This document shows, piece after piece, positions 22,801 to 37,100 of a stretch of DNA of 64,000 nt (positions within the stretch are counted from its first letter, which is position 1; each line of letters opens with the position of its first letter). The position numbers and the translations under genes were made by a program. Under the pieces are notes generated by a model. It had not been told where the DNA came from. It ran no database searches and worked only from the letters and a program-made list of their open reading frames with translations. The stretch comes from Tubulanus polymorphus (Eukaryota > Animalia > Nemertea): assembly GCF_964204645.1 (NCBI RefSeq), contig NC_134025.1:21554199-21618198 (forward strand), given 5' to 3'.

Positions 22801-25800
22801 ATTTTCTTTATTGCATTTCTCTTTTTTTCTTTTCTCTTTTGAGGGACCTGTTTTATACAAACTATTCCTTAGTTTCTACAGGCCCCTCCAGGTCTAATTT
22901 ACTGTATTTTGTATTATGCTTTGTACACTATGCTGTAAATTATATTTGAAAAATAAAGTGTTCAAATCAAATCAAATCAAATTTATCATTTATCATTTAT
23001 CATTTATCATTTGTCATTTATCATTTATCATTTATCATTTATTATTTATTATTTATCATATATTATCTATCATATATTATTTATTATTTATTATTCATTG
23101 CTTATCATCTATCGTTTATCATTTATCAATTATAGCTTATTTACCATCTATTTGCGTGATATTTTACAAAGAGTACCCAGCCCATAACAGGACTTATAAG
23201 TTACGGTAAATCCATAAAAAAGATAACAAAATGACAGTTTTTTTGTTTTAACATATAAGGTTCACATAAATTATAGAATAACATGCAGGTTATCTTGCCT
23301 GAATTTCAACATTCTTTCGATGTATTTTCTAACAGGAATACACGTATTGTTACTTCTAATTTCAGTTATGTGGAATTCATTTCACAAATGTTTGATGAAA
23401 AATTGGCCAGAGTTTTTTTTAAACATTTCTACATCGTTCTTATGTAGGTCAACGGTCCGCAATAGCTCAGAGTAGAAACGGTACATTTTTGCTCGAAGTA
23501 GAAGTCGGTCGTTTTAATGGAATACCTCTGGAACGGATACCTAGCAGACAATGCGATAGAAATGCCACCTTGTGTCAGATACTTCGAACTGAGGAATACG
23601 CTTCTATCTACCATCGGATTAAATATTAAATAATAATATTTATTTCGCCATGTACATATGCAGTATAAATGATATATAGATTATAAACAATTTACATACA
23701 TACGAGGCTGGATGCTTGGAAAGCCAATGGAGGCTGTGTCCCGCAGGGATCCAAGCACCCAGAAAAAAGATCAAAATTTAATGAAATTAGGTAGAATGAG
23801 GGTGAAATAGAAACGCGAAATGGGAGTAATCTGTCCGCTGTAGAAGTTTTAGATACATCAGTTTGATTCATTAACTTCAAAGAATTGTGCTTTAAATGAC
23901 TTAAGACCAGAGACATATCTCTAACTGTCTATACAAAATTGAAAAATAAAAAACAATACAAACTTTTGGCTAATTATATCCAAGCAAGTGGAATATATAA
24001 TGTGCTCTTATATGCCAAAATTAGCCAGTTGGATCAACTCAGTAACGCATTATCAAATTTTGTAACGAAAATATATTGTACATTCAAATTGCACAATAAA
24101 AAAAACATATATGTCGCACTGTCGCAAATTTGTGAAAAAACTAGCGATTGACACGGTAAGAACGTTGCCAAATTATCTAAATCATACTAAGTACAGGTGA
24201 AATCACAAAAACCGTTAGCTAAGTGTACGTAGGCCTACGTATAGCTGGCTCGGCGTACCATTGTATAATGAATTAGATAATCGACAATTCTAGGGTGTGT
24301 ACGACGAAAGTCCGTCACGAATCAATCGAAAAAATATATATATACATATAATAAATGCAACATTTATTTCATGGCTCTGATTCGTGGGTCTGTCGTCAGT
24401 AGACAAATCTCACGCAATCAGTTTATATAAGGCTTTTCATTTAGAAACATTAGATGTCATGTGAGAAACTCGACTTTCCTCCATACGTCGGTTGTAAGCC
24501 CGTTGTCCGTCATTCTCGCCACCAAGAGAAAAATCTAGATTTCCATTTCAATCTGTACCTATTAATCTATACCTATTATCGCAATTTTGAGGTGGGACTG
24601 CCTCAAAATGGCGCCTCGTAACTGGAAACCTCCCTACTCATGTCTGATTGAAGCTTGCTGTAATAAGTAGTCATTTGGAACTTTAAGGTTCCAGAGTTTC
24701 TGCAAAAATTATGTGATTATCTTTGTAAAAGCAGTACGTAGGCTCCTGTTGTGTCGTTGCCGATAAAAGGAATTTCAAACTGTTAAAGAGTTCGGTGAAA
24801 TTTGGACAACTTCACGGGTGGTGGGGAGCGTCAGTTGATGATTTTATGATCTCAAAATAGGGATCAACCCTGTTACTTATTCGTTTGATTTGTTTTGATT
24901 TGGTGTCCCTTACAAACCCACCACACCTGCCGGGAGCGAAACAGGGGGTGTGATTTTGAAATCGGAAATCGAAGCGCAGATGTAGTTGTGCGTGATCGGC
25001 GATCGAATTTACAGAAATTTTTATTCTTAGTTTATGATTAAGTATGATGGCGGATGAGAAGTCAGCATGATGGCAGTTAGAATGAATACTTTATTCTCTC
25101 AAAACACATACATCGAGTATCCATTCATTCATTCAGAAGTCAATAGATGGGAATCTTACACGGACAGAAAGTGACAAAATAGGAAAGAGAGATAGGGAGA
25201 TGTTGGAGATGTATGGATATGTATAATATGTGAACAGATTGGAAATCGGCATATATAAAGTTAGTAGAGTGGACGTTGTAGATGAGGCAGAAAGATTACG
25301 GGAACTGATGGATACAGGGAAGATATATCAAAGGCAGGTACATCTCTTACCTCACATATCTTGTCTAACGAAGATACAAAGTAATCGTCGCAAACCAAAG
25401 CTAATGCGTAGAACATGTAGCACACTACACAAACATGGATGACCAGCGCGCCGTGAGACCTTTGACGATTCGTAAATAGATCTTTCGGAAATTCGTGATA
25501 TGCTGCAAATAGAAAGAATTACATACACGTGAAAGTTTGATTTCTATCATTGCATCTATGCAGTTATATCGATATATCCAAGTTGAATGATAAGAGGCGC
25601 ATCCCCTAATAGGGCCCCAATTCAATGGAGGTACCCGCAACGCTACTGTGGCAAGCGAACTTCCACCATTTTCCGCCAGGTTCGCTAGTGTACAGTACGA
25701 CGTCAACTACTGGAAACGGCTAAAACACTAAAAAATACGGTGAACCAATAAATTCTGAAGATGAAGTAACAAGATATAAGCTTGTAGAATTTCTGTGAAA

Positions 25801-28800
25801 AATCATTTTATTCAATGTTTGCATTTTTCATTCGCAAAGCATTGTATTTTCCATGCTTTTTGTTGCATCTAACTTTGTTGACGTACATGTTGAAAGCGAT
25901 CGAATCTTTTTGGACCTCATTAATACCGTATTTCTCAGTCGGGAGAATAAAGCTATATGAACTAAAAATAATTTCTCAAATTCTATCGAAGATGCACGAT
26001 GTACGAAAATCGTGCCACATATAAACTCTAAAGATTAATCAGTGTTCGGTTCATTTAGACGCGTGTTTTGCCTAATCTTTGGATTGGAAATTCGAAAATT
26101 GAGGTCAAAGTTACTTGAAGAAAATGAACTCATTTTGATCGAGTTCTTCTAAGTGGTACCTTCCGATGAAATGGTGCATCGGTACCCCGTTATGTCCCCG
26201 ATATTCACCAGACTTAGTCCGTCGCAAATCGTCTCAGCGGGTTCGATTTTTTTTTTATTCATACGTCGCAGTCGGAAAATAAGTGCAATATTTTCCGATA
26301 ACCGCTAACAAATTCATAAACCGCTTATTGCGTGTATATAGCGTATACGTAATATAAACACCACGAGTGACGACGAATATTTTAGCTGAAATAATTTTTT
26401 TCTCCATCTACGCGCTTTATCCAACGGCACCCGTTATAGCGACTATACGATGGATTAGAGAATAATAGCGAAAAAAATGTTATGAAAACAGTCAACGCGC
26501 TGATTGCGACAAGACCTTACGCGTCAAAAGTGTAGGTCTGAATCAATATCAATCTGCAACTAATCGGCATTTTTGCTCGTGACACGGCGAACACCATAGC
26601 GCGCTGGTTTATTTTCATTAACGATGACACATGTCGGAGTTTTGCTTCAGCTCTCGCGAAAGAGCATGTACGCTGGGTTGCCTTCCAGAACATCTATGTA
26701 TACGCGGCCGGTTTTAAACATGATTCGACGTCGAAATGAATTCATGTCGTCATATGATGTACGAGGGCGGATGCAGGGTCAAAGGAAAGGGGGTGTCCAG
26801 AAATTTAGGGCCTTTTTCTACGCTTCGCCGCAGTTCACATGTACAATGATTTCTAGATCTTCTAGAATTGGTAAAACAGCTAATTTCCGCTAGAATTTTC
26901 GTATTTTTTCAGTCGTTCGATCATAACCTCTCTTTTGATCGGAAAATATTTAGTCCAGAATATTTGAAGATGGAAATGGAATTTCTAGGGACCTCAACAT
27001 TTATGGGAAGGTGTCCGGACCCCATGGACATCCCCTGGATCCGGTACTGATGACGTGTGCTCTCATCCTGATATGGGTAAGTATGCATATCTATATATGT
27101 GAAAAGAAATAGGAATCATAAACGGTTTATCCGCCTTCAGTCGCTCTAATTGCTAAATCGTCACGCGTAACGCTGTAATTCGGTAGATTTCAATGAATTG
27201 AACTGAATGTGAACCTGTGTCAAAATAAGAAACACATTGGGAATTGTTACCATGGTAACTCGACTAAGCAAACGACTACACTAGAGGAGAATTTGAAACA
27301 CGAATCCGCGATTCCGACGATAATGCGACATTAATTTCTCCCACACACTCGGTATCGGTATTTCCCAATCAAAATACCAGGCGATAACAATATTTATCAC
27401 GACAAAAAAGAGTGTTATGTCGTTGTCGTTTTACGCGGATGTAATAGATTCAGATTTTCGAGGTGGGACAAATCGGAAATCGAATTCTAGCCTATTTATT
27501 TAGGAAATTGTAGAATCGAACAAGCCATTGTATTCGAAAGATCCAGCCGCGTAAAATGGGTAACCGCATTTTCTGGCTCCCTCGCGAAAAGGTATACCTG
27601 CAATCTCGTCGATCGAACATCAATAGCTTTACGGGTCGCGATAAAATCTCTCGGTAACAAAAATATGTGATTAAGATCCGCGCAACGAAAGCGTTAACGC
27701 TCTATACGATGCGTGGGCGATAGCTCAGCATCGCTCTAGCGATCTCTTGAGAAATGAAAAATAACTAGTTTTGCTCGTAGATTTTTTCATGTGACGAAAT
27801 AACGCTTTCCTTTATGAAACATAGATATCTAGCGCAAGAAGTGATCTACTAGGATGAAATTCTAGAGGAATAGCAAAGTACTGTAGAGCAAATTTCATGT
27901 AGTCTTATATATGTTCGGAGTGTTATTAAGATAACAACCTAACATACATGGTTATTCATCGATAAATAGTCTGGATTCCACACAAAATAATACTGCACAT
28001 AATATTTTATGAAATTTTCAAATTGCCCCTTTTTTAAGATGGCCACCATTTTGAAAAATGGTGGTCATCTTGGTGGGCACCCCGATGAGTTGGCACCACC
28101 CCTTCTAAATATTGAAGCCATTTATGTATCCGTCAAACCCTGAAAGTTTTATGAAATCCTCATAATATGCAGTATTATTGTGAAAGTTGGTATCTAGGAG
28201 GCCAGACTTTAAATGTAACCTTACAAAACAGTGTTCTTGAAATGGTATCGTTTGGTGGAATATTTCAATAGATAACACAAGCTTCCCCCTCGAAATTGTG
28301 AAATATAAGGCAAAAACATTAAAAATTCATATAGTCTCCATATGAATTCTGATTGCAATTATTTCTGAAAGCATAACACGGGTGAAATGACAGGGGACAA
28401 TCTATTCATCAAAAATCAATCAATGCTAATCAATTGACGTTATGTCAAAAATCGAATTCAATTAACATCGGCAATCGGTGATTAGTTTGAACTTAGTCAC
28501 TCAGCATCGATTGATCCTGTCGCATTGATTTACTGTACCCGGGACTTTCAGTGTGTGTGTGGGTGAGGGAGGGAGGCCGCTACAGAAAACGATCAGAATT
28601 TTATGCCGAGCAATGCGTTACATCGCAGCAAGCTGCTCTGATTTAACATCGTTGATTCAGACTCGGCACGAAGTTGTTGAAAACCTACCGAATGCGCAGC
28701 CATTTCGAGCCGCCGAGATTACCACAGAAACTGATTGTAATGTCCCTATAGACGGCGGTCTGTCAGATGCGGTACTGCTTGTGCATTGAGACCCGATGGT

Positions 28801-31800
28801 ACTGTCAAATCATATTCAATCATTATATTTCACATTTCCGATCGGCTGGTAGTGAGACGCTGATCAAAATGACATCCATCGATACTCTAGCATATTAGAT
28901 GGTATATACGAACTGTTTCATATGCGTCAGGTTATTAAAATCTAAATGGCCAACACGCCGCGGGTCAATCAACTTAGGGAACTTCATCAACATCAACATC
29001 TTCATCAACATCAACATCTACTAGAGATAAAACTACACTAAACTATCGGACTGTTTACACGTGGAAAACTACCAAAGAAATATAAAAATGGACAAAATTA
29101 TCTTCAACCTTATAATATGGACCAATATCTCGATGTACTAAATTAGGCAGCCAGCAAGTTTAACCCCAATCAGTCGGTTCAGGCTGGTTGGAAGATCGTT
29201 TGAATGAACCGGAACCGTTATTTCCAATTATGTACTTCAATTCAAACAAAAAATTCTGTAAATTCGACCGCCGATCACACAACCATATCTGTAGGCTACT
29301 TCGATTTCCGATTTCAAAATCGAACCGCCAGTTTCGCTCCCAGCAGGTGTGGTGGGTTTGTAAGGGACACCGGATCAAAACAAATCAAACGAAATTCATA
29401 CCAATTAAATGAATAACAGAGCCAATCCCTATCATAAGATTTGAAAAAAATCTAAATTGCCACATTCTTTACTTGTCTGCAAACGATGGCATTAATCTTT
29501 AAGATTGAGACACTGTTTTACATATTTCAGGAGTATACGGGTACCCTTAGAAACACCCGTTCTGCCAATTGACATCCCTGCGCTTGCAAATTTGCATCTG
29601 ACTTCAAACATCATTTCAATAGAATTTTGAACTGGGTCTTAAGTTGATGCTTAACAAGGCACCGTTTCTCGTGTATCCCTGAAATTTCTTCATATTTTCC
29701 GCTTCTCTGCTTCACGCAGAAAAGGAAGTTTAGAAAAATCTATTAACATGGTATAGGAACAAACAATATAGTTACTGTCCTTCGAAGTACAGTCTCATAT
29801 CGGTGCTTAGCCGGGGGAAAAGGATTACCCATTCGGCCTCGAGTATGGTGGCTGATAATGGCCAAATGCAATAATTTTTACACGACCTCGATAATAGAAA
29901 ATGCAAAACGAAATTGATAGAGCAAAAACGAACTTTTCGTTTTTGCGCCCTAGTAAAAACGAATTTTACCTCGCAAAAACGAAATATCATAGAGCAAAAA
30001 CGAAAATATTTGTTTTTGCTCTATCATTTTTCGTTTTTGCTCCATAATATTCGTTTTTGCGCCCTAGCAACTCGAGCCTCCGAGGACTAGCGTACTCAAT
30101 AAATATATCGTAGATCGTAATAATGAAAATGAATAACCGACCATTAATCAATCAATGTTGACGGTCTAAATACACTGTCTATATATCGTAGTCTAGATCG
30201 GGGATGAAATCAAAGTAGTAGAGTGATATAGAAATTGATCGAGCAGAGATAACGGTCGGTCAACTTCCGCGAGACTGGACGATGATCAGACTACGACCGA
30301 AGATGGTGGACAGGAAACTACTGAATCAGTGATTGATGAGGCATCTGATGTTTTATGCATCGCAACACGTCCTGCATCTCACACATACCATGTCATTAAT
30401 ACCAGTTACCGAGGCGTTTTTTACTGTGTTATTTGCCGTTCTTCGAGTTGAACCCATTAGCGACAAAGCAATAGTGATCCTTCCCCTTGACGTCAATAGC
30501 ACAATGACGACCAAAGAAAGTTGTCGAGACACGTGTAAGCATCGTTAGCTCGGTTTGTTACATATGTTAGGTTTTTTCGGAACTCTCTGCTGCTACCAGA
30601 ATAACAGATTTATATCATACTGACATTCAGTCTGCATACTATTCTAGGAGTAAGATGGCCGTTCAGGCCGTTCTAGTTTTCTATTCGTATCCTAAATCCA
30701 CTGAGCGCCACCAAGGGCATTATTAGCAGGTTCAATGTTTCTTTTTTCAAATTTAGCAGAGATGAGAGAAGAACTCTGATTCGAACCCATGAACCCTGGG
30801 ATGGACGAGACCAATGACCGGCGGCGCTCCTCGCTAGTGGCTTTGAATATATCGAGCATTCTAAATAGAGCATATTCTTCCCGCACTTTATATAAGCCGT
30901 TGACAAAAAAACATCATGTCTGATGTCGTCGATTGGACGAGAAACGAGTATATTGATAGTCGACCTCTGGCTGGTGCAGATATTACGAGATAAGCTACCG
31001 CGCATAAACCGCCGAGCGAATGCCTGATCCCCCGCACTTCTTTGCAAAGGCAATCGACTGAGTGAAATGCTAGAGAGAGATTACCCGATCTTTGATCCGC
31101 CGTGCTAAGCCCTCTCGATATTAGATATAGCGGCAGTAGCGAGCCGTTTTGATTAATAGAAACTTTCTATTTCCCTCATAAACCATCGCGGTATCTAAAG
31201 CGTGCTTCACGCGATTCCGCAATCACAAAACGTATCCGATGCAAAATGAGGATCTATATCGCGTTTGGCTGAGTGGTTTATCAAACCTGATAAATCGATT
31301 TACAGTACTGGTCAGTCGAACTTGTAGCGATTGCTCCCAAGTGTAACGAATATCCATATTAGAACTAGAGCGTAATTGCTCCGTCGAGAAATTGAGGTGC
31401 CTTGTCGAGATTGTATGTATGGGCTGTCAAGATCTCAGATAATATGATGATTGCATCATGCATAAAGCTGAGGCATGTCCGTACACATATTGTATTTACA
31501 CAATTTGTGTATTAGGCCTCTAATAAGAACCGCTAGTATGGGCGATAAGTGTGCATATTCTTGATTTACTTTGCTGTTATAGGGATATGTAGTACCATCG
31601 TTCAGTACATTGTCTTTAGGTAGGTATATCGTTAAGAGAAAGATAACGACTTTCCAACATTGCCTCTGTATGTCTCGACTTATCTATATAAAAGTAAAAA
31701 TATACAGTAGACTCCGCCCAAGTCGGATCCGATCTGGATGTTTTTTTTTAAATATTTTTGTGACACTCTATCCGAAATACGTAACATGCAACTCGGATAT

Positions 31801-34142
31801 CACTAAAGTCGGAAACATTTTTACATTCCCAAAAGATCCGACTTTGAGCGAAGTCTACTGCATAAACTGGGATAATGCTACTTCGCGTCCTAAAAACAAA
31901 TAATCTTAGATGTTGAATCCCCGTTTGCATCAATAGCTTGCAAAAAGCAGACTCGTTGTTTAAGACGATAAACTTTTAGCTAATCGCTATGTGAAATGTG
32001 CAAGACGACGCAGTGGCAAGCGGGTGAGTTACTTCCAGAGCATTCAATCACACGCAATGATTTGATTCGTGCTAGAATTTGGCATGGTCCTTGTCCGACG
32101 TTTTGGTCGGGCCAAATATGGTGCTCGGAACTTGGCACCAGTGCAAACGATTGGCCAGAAACTCTCCTAGTGATCGCGGCTGTAGGTATTAGAGTTACAT
32201 TCAGTAATTATTTCCTTTTCAACGTCATCTTTAATCCTTAATACATGTGAAATATATGTAACAAAATATGACAATGCGACAACAATTCAAATTCTTGGAC
32301 GAATTTCGGTAATAGTATAAATAGTATACATTTAGAATATAAAATATTGAATACAGAATACGTATATGCGTGGTTTTTTATCAAAGAACAGAAAATCAAA
32401 GAATATTGATAATTAACGACGTGTTAGCAGCAACTGCAGACGCGTCGAATTACTCGTCATATTTTGACGCGTCGAAATACATGTCATCAACGGGAAAATT
32501 AGCATTTGTTGCGTCAAAATAAAGTATCATATGAAGATTTTCGAGGCGGTTTTATATATGCGCATAATAGGATTAAGTGTATCCGTACACGTTCATGTCA
32601 TGACTTTGTGTCCCATAACAAAATACACGTAACGCAATACCAAGACGCGTATTCGGGAGCCTCTGCTGCTGCTGCTGGTGGTTATGGTTAAATTGCAGCG
32701 AAAGGAACCAGCTATTAGATTGCCTTCACAGTAAAACAAGTCGAGTAATTGCATGTGCCGACCATAATGAAATTACACTGGTCGCTGGCAGCTGCCGGCG
32801 TTCCTTATATTAATCGAAAAAAACAGATTCACCGAAAGCCGGCCGAAAGTATAATATTAACCAGGGGCGGATCCATGGGAGGGGGTTAAGGGGTCTCGAC
32901 CCCACTGCTCCGTGTTCGAACGTTCGGCATGACACTCAGTGTAGCCTACATGCAGATATGTGAACATGAGAATGAATGTGCATTTTCACTCATTAATCAT
33001 TCTTAAAAGTTTGATCGTCAAATTTCAGGACAATGCATTTTTCATTGATAGTGAAACATTTCAAAAAATATCTCGAAAACACTACCCTTGACCCCCATTC
33101 CACCACCCCCACCCTCGTTGCTCAAATTTCTGGATCCACCCCTGTGTATTTTGGCTTATTCCAAGCTTAGGCATTCTAAGTGTTCAAGAGTGGCAAATGG
33201 CGCCCACCACGACGGCTTTTATATATGGATATAAGCAATTGGTACATCCGGAAGCAGTGTCGATTTAATCATTACCTCCGTGACGTCAGATGCTATAATC
33301 GTTTGTTTTTAACGACCGAGCCATACCGATGGATTATATTTTTTTTTTCAGCGAAGTCATTTTCGAGACATGAGGGGAATTGATAGATTTTTCAATTAGT
33401 GGATATGAATAAGCTTAGATAACGGCGCTATTAATCCAAAGTTTCTACATCGTTGTGTATCCCGCGGTATGCGCAAGATTACAAGATCCGGTCAATACCA
33501 GACGATACTAACTGCACGCAACCCATGTATATAGTCATATCTGCAAACAACATTTTCTTCATAAATTATTCCGGTTGTTGATGCTGTTGGGTCATCTTGG
33601 TTACAGATAAGAAATGACACGAAAAGCCGTATTCTAAGGAGTTACGGCTACAGGTCCCACCAACGTCAGGCTATCATATCATACCCAGGCTATTGATGTT
33701 ATCCATCAATGGTTGAAAATAATTTGTTACGATATAACCGCTCTCGCCTTGACGTACAGTCAACAGGTCGCGATATGGCGTCACCACCCTATAAAGCATT
33801 GAGATTATTGTAAGATTGTGGGTACTGGTGCACCACCTAGAATCTTTTGTTATGTAGTTCTTTGTCTTCCTTCTTGTACGTAGTGCCCGTCGCTGAATAA
33901 AGCGGTATTGTTCAGTAACGCTGCTCTTTTGTTAAGTTACTTCGTGGGTTCACAGAAATCTTCTGGCCCATTTTTGTCTAACCAAACTGAGGATTGCCCG
34001 GATCTTTACGATGAATTCATATCGAAAGCGTTCAGAATGTCACGGCTATTGAGATGAAATCCGGGGATGAAATCTCCCATGTAGGTGTACTTGATAAGGC
34101 AGCCAAAAACGACAGTGAGTTTGCTTCGTTGTAACTGCTCGA

Positions 34143-34178
<36 letters not shown>

Positions 34179-37100
34179 CGATGTTTTTTCTCTTAATTAC
34201 GTTAGCAGATTAGAGCGCCAGCGAGGCAACAAACTCAATAATTCAAGATAAAGTTTATTTACCGGTCAGAAATTCGTACTGGTGATCGGAAATCAATTCT
34301 ATCGATATATACGGCCCGCGCGTCACCGCGCTGTGCTATGGAAGCTGTACTGAGCCGATTCATCTGTATTACGGTCGGATACGGGAAAATTTGATTATTG
34401 TAGCCGCGCAGAAATAAGTCAATTGTTTTGGGGCGAAGCCGCATATGTCTCTTCAGATCGGGTCAATACAATTTCCGTTTCGAGTAGGCGTATACCGGGA
34501 ATAAAAGAAAAATAAAAATCTCCCTAAGAATGGAAATTGCGGCAAAGAGCGCGGAATTCCATTCAGATATTTCATCTCATGGCGCACGCGGGCCTGGCTA
34601 TTTCTGGCGGATTTTCATAAAAGCACTGCCGGCACGTATCGAATAGATTGCTCTCCTTCACATGAACAGAGGCTAATCTGATTAATCGCGATTTCGTGGC
34701 CACTTAAGAATCTTGTCGTCGTCCATTATACCAACTACGGCGTCTTAGTACTACGTTAGTTCATTATGTTTATCATATTTGTGATGTGATTTGCTTGTGC
34801 GTTTGTGCGTGTGTGCGTGTGGTGTGATTGTTATTCTGGCCGTTCATTCGAGTCTCTGATTTCCACCGTCCAATATTTAGCGGTAAACAAACACGAAGAA
34901 CGCCGTCCACCAGCCATCCGCCAGCCTCCTTAGCGATGCGAGGCCACTTGCTCAAAAGTTAGTTAGAGTTAACCAGTGGATAGTTGACATAGTGGCAATC
35001 AAACGTTTATTGTTAACTGCGGTTTATCCACTGGTTATCTCTAACCAACTTTTGAGCTACTGGTGGAAATTTGTATACAAAAATAGCAGAACTCGGGATC
35101 ATGCGAAGGGGAGAAGGGGTGCTCGCGACCAACGTATACGCCCAACGCGAAACGGGAAAGCCGTCGGTTGGACGGGTAATCAGCTAGTGGTGGATAAATT
35201 GGATTACTGATTCGACAATGAAATAAACACCCAGTATAAGTTACAACGATAACGACGGAGAGTTCGCCTCAGTTTCACCTATACGACTCGGCAATTTCTT
35301 CATTTGTACCCTTTATTAGTTGGACTGCAAATGACACGTAGCGCGTTGATATAAATATCGTAACGAGCGTCAAGAAATCGAGCACCTGCTGCTGGCACTA
35401 GATACGATGATCAGTATACGTTCGACAACGCAATCCAATACGCCTTTGAACGCAATCCAATACGCCTTTGATGATGCGTCCAATTTTCTAAGCGTGCTCG
35501 TTCCTAACCGAAGAAGCCCAGACGAAGTTATAGGAAACGGGGAGAGGATAACGACGGGAAAACATTGTTTACCACGTAATTCGTAATGTCGTTTCAGGGC
35601 TTCCATAGTTAACATCACCGAAGGCAAAATAAATGTGACTATTCGGACGTAAATCTTTCACAAAATGTAGCATTATCATCAATAAGGTCCCGGCGACGCT
35701 ACTGCAGCAGATGAAGATTAGATTTCACTCGAGGCAAGCTGGAATCACCCATGGACGCCAGTGTGCTGTATATATGATGTCAATGTTGGTCAAATGAAAA
35801 TCAAATTATCTTGATCGAATGCCGACTGTCATCCCATGGACGAATTGCCGAGAATGGCCATCGTGGGCAATTCCTAAATGTTTCGATTTACCCTATATAC
35901 GATCTTTCTGGTCAATGTATCACGCCCTGCAAGCTAAGAGTAACTTAAAAATTTACAATTGACAGGTTCCCTAACCCTAATTGAAACTATGGGCATACAT
36001 TCCTATATTAACATCAATGTCTTGTCGATTGTGTTGAGTTTCGAATTCATTGATTTTTATGGTCCTCAGGAGGCTTTAGATAGCGCAAAAACTTAGAAGA
36101 ATTTCCATATTATATTGGTACATATAGACTCCGTTCGAGGCATTTGGTTATTCCCATAAATATCCATACAGTATATTTTAAGAACAGTGAAATTATTCAG
36201 AATTATCAAAGACCATTGTTGCATAAGATTAAGTTAAACCTATTCTTTGTTTGATATTTTACAGCACGATCGTTCCGTTGCAATCGAAGCAGCAAGAACA
36301 TCAATAACTCATTGAAAAATGGTTGTTCGACATAATACGACAAGACAATGTTTACAATGTCGTTATTGTTTTAACGTTAAAAATCCGTATATAGAACGGC
36401 GGTCCGAGTGCATTATATACCCGGTACGTCAGTCGGTGACATTCTCATGACAATAACCCTGCAGCCTTTACGCGGAACGGATAATGTGATAATCTAAATC
36501 AGACTCGTTGTTTCTGAAAACGGAATATCCGCCCACAGTGAGTCTAACATTCTACCGCGCACTGTCTCTATCGTTATTATCACTTTGCGAAGAATGTCAG
36601 GGGTTATCTAAATCAGGTACAAAGAAGAACGAAGTTGAGGAGCTTAACTTAACAAAACCGTATTATAAACACTATACACTGTATAGTCTCCTGGCTGTTT
36701 TTGCCATTTTCAGAGACGTAAATTGACAACGGTATAGCGGTAACAGTGAGTCTATAGCATTGTGCCACGTGAAAAAAGGGATACAAACTTCATTTATTAT
36801 GTATTTTCTATAATAAGCTTATACCGATCAAAGAATTGAACGACCTGTTTTTCACGTAGAGAATATTAAGACGCGGAGAATGTGTTCATTAGATTCGCCT
36901 TATACATTTGGTGCGGAAATATTGGTGATTGATGGTGACTGAGGAAAGAACAACTATTTCCGTCACTTTGCGTGGATGGAAATCTATAGATTACTTATAT
37001 CTCGGTGAAACAGTCAATTCAATTATAAAACATTTTGGAAGCATCAAATTTCCATTCTGAAATAATATGATTTTAAAGAATATTTCATTTTACAACATCG

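Larger units (their letters stand above)
18160..22982 (+). mobile_element. Full-length non-LTR retrotransposon (CR1/L2 group, Crack/Daphne-like), disabled; antisense within an NCKX intron
   Basis: Short 5' UTR starting near AAAATGGCGGCG, ORF1, APE-RT ORF2, 3' stem-loop at 22841-22888, AATAAA near 22952, then a (TCAAA)n tail at about 22962-22982. Confidence 0.93.

Noticed and set aside
35969-35980. Telomeric CCCTAA repeat
   Set aside because: Only two units; expected by chance.
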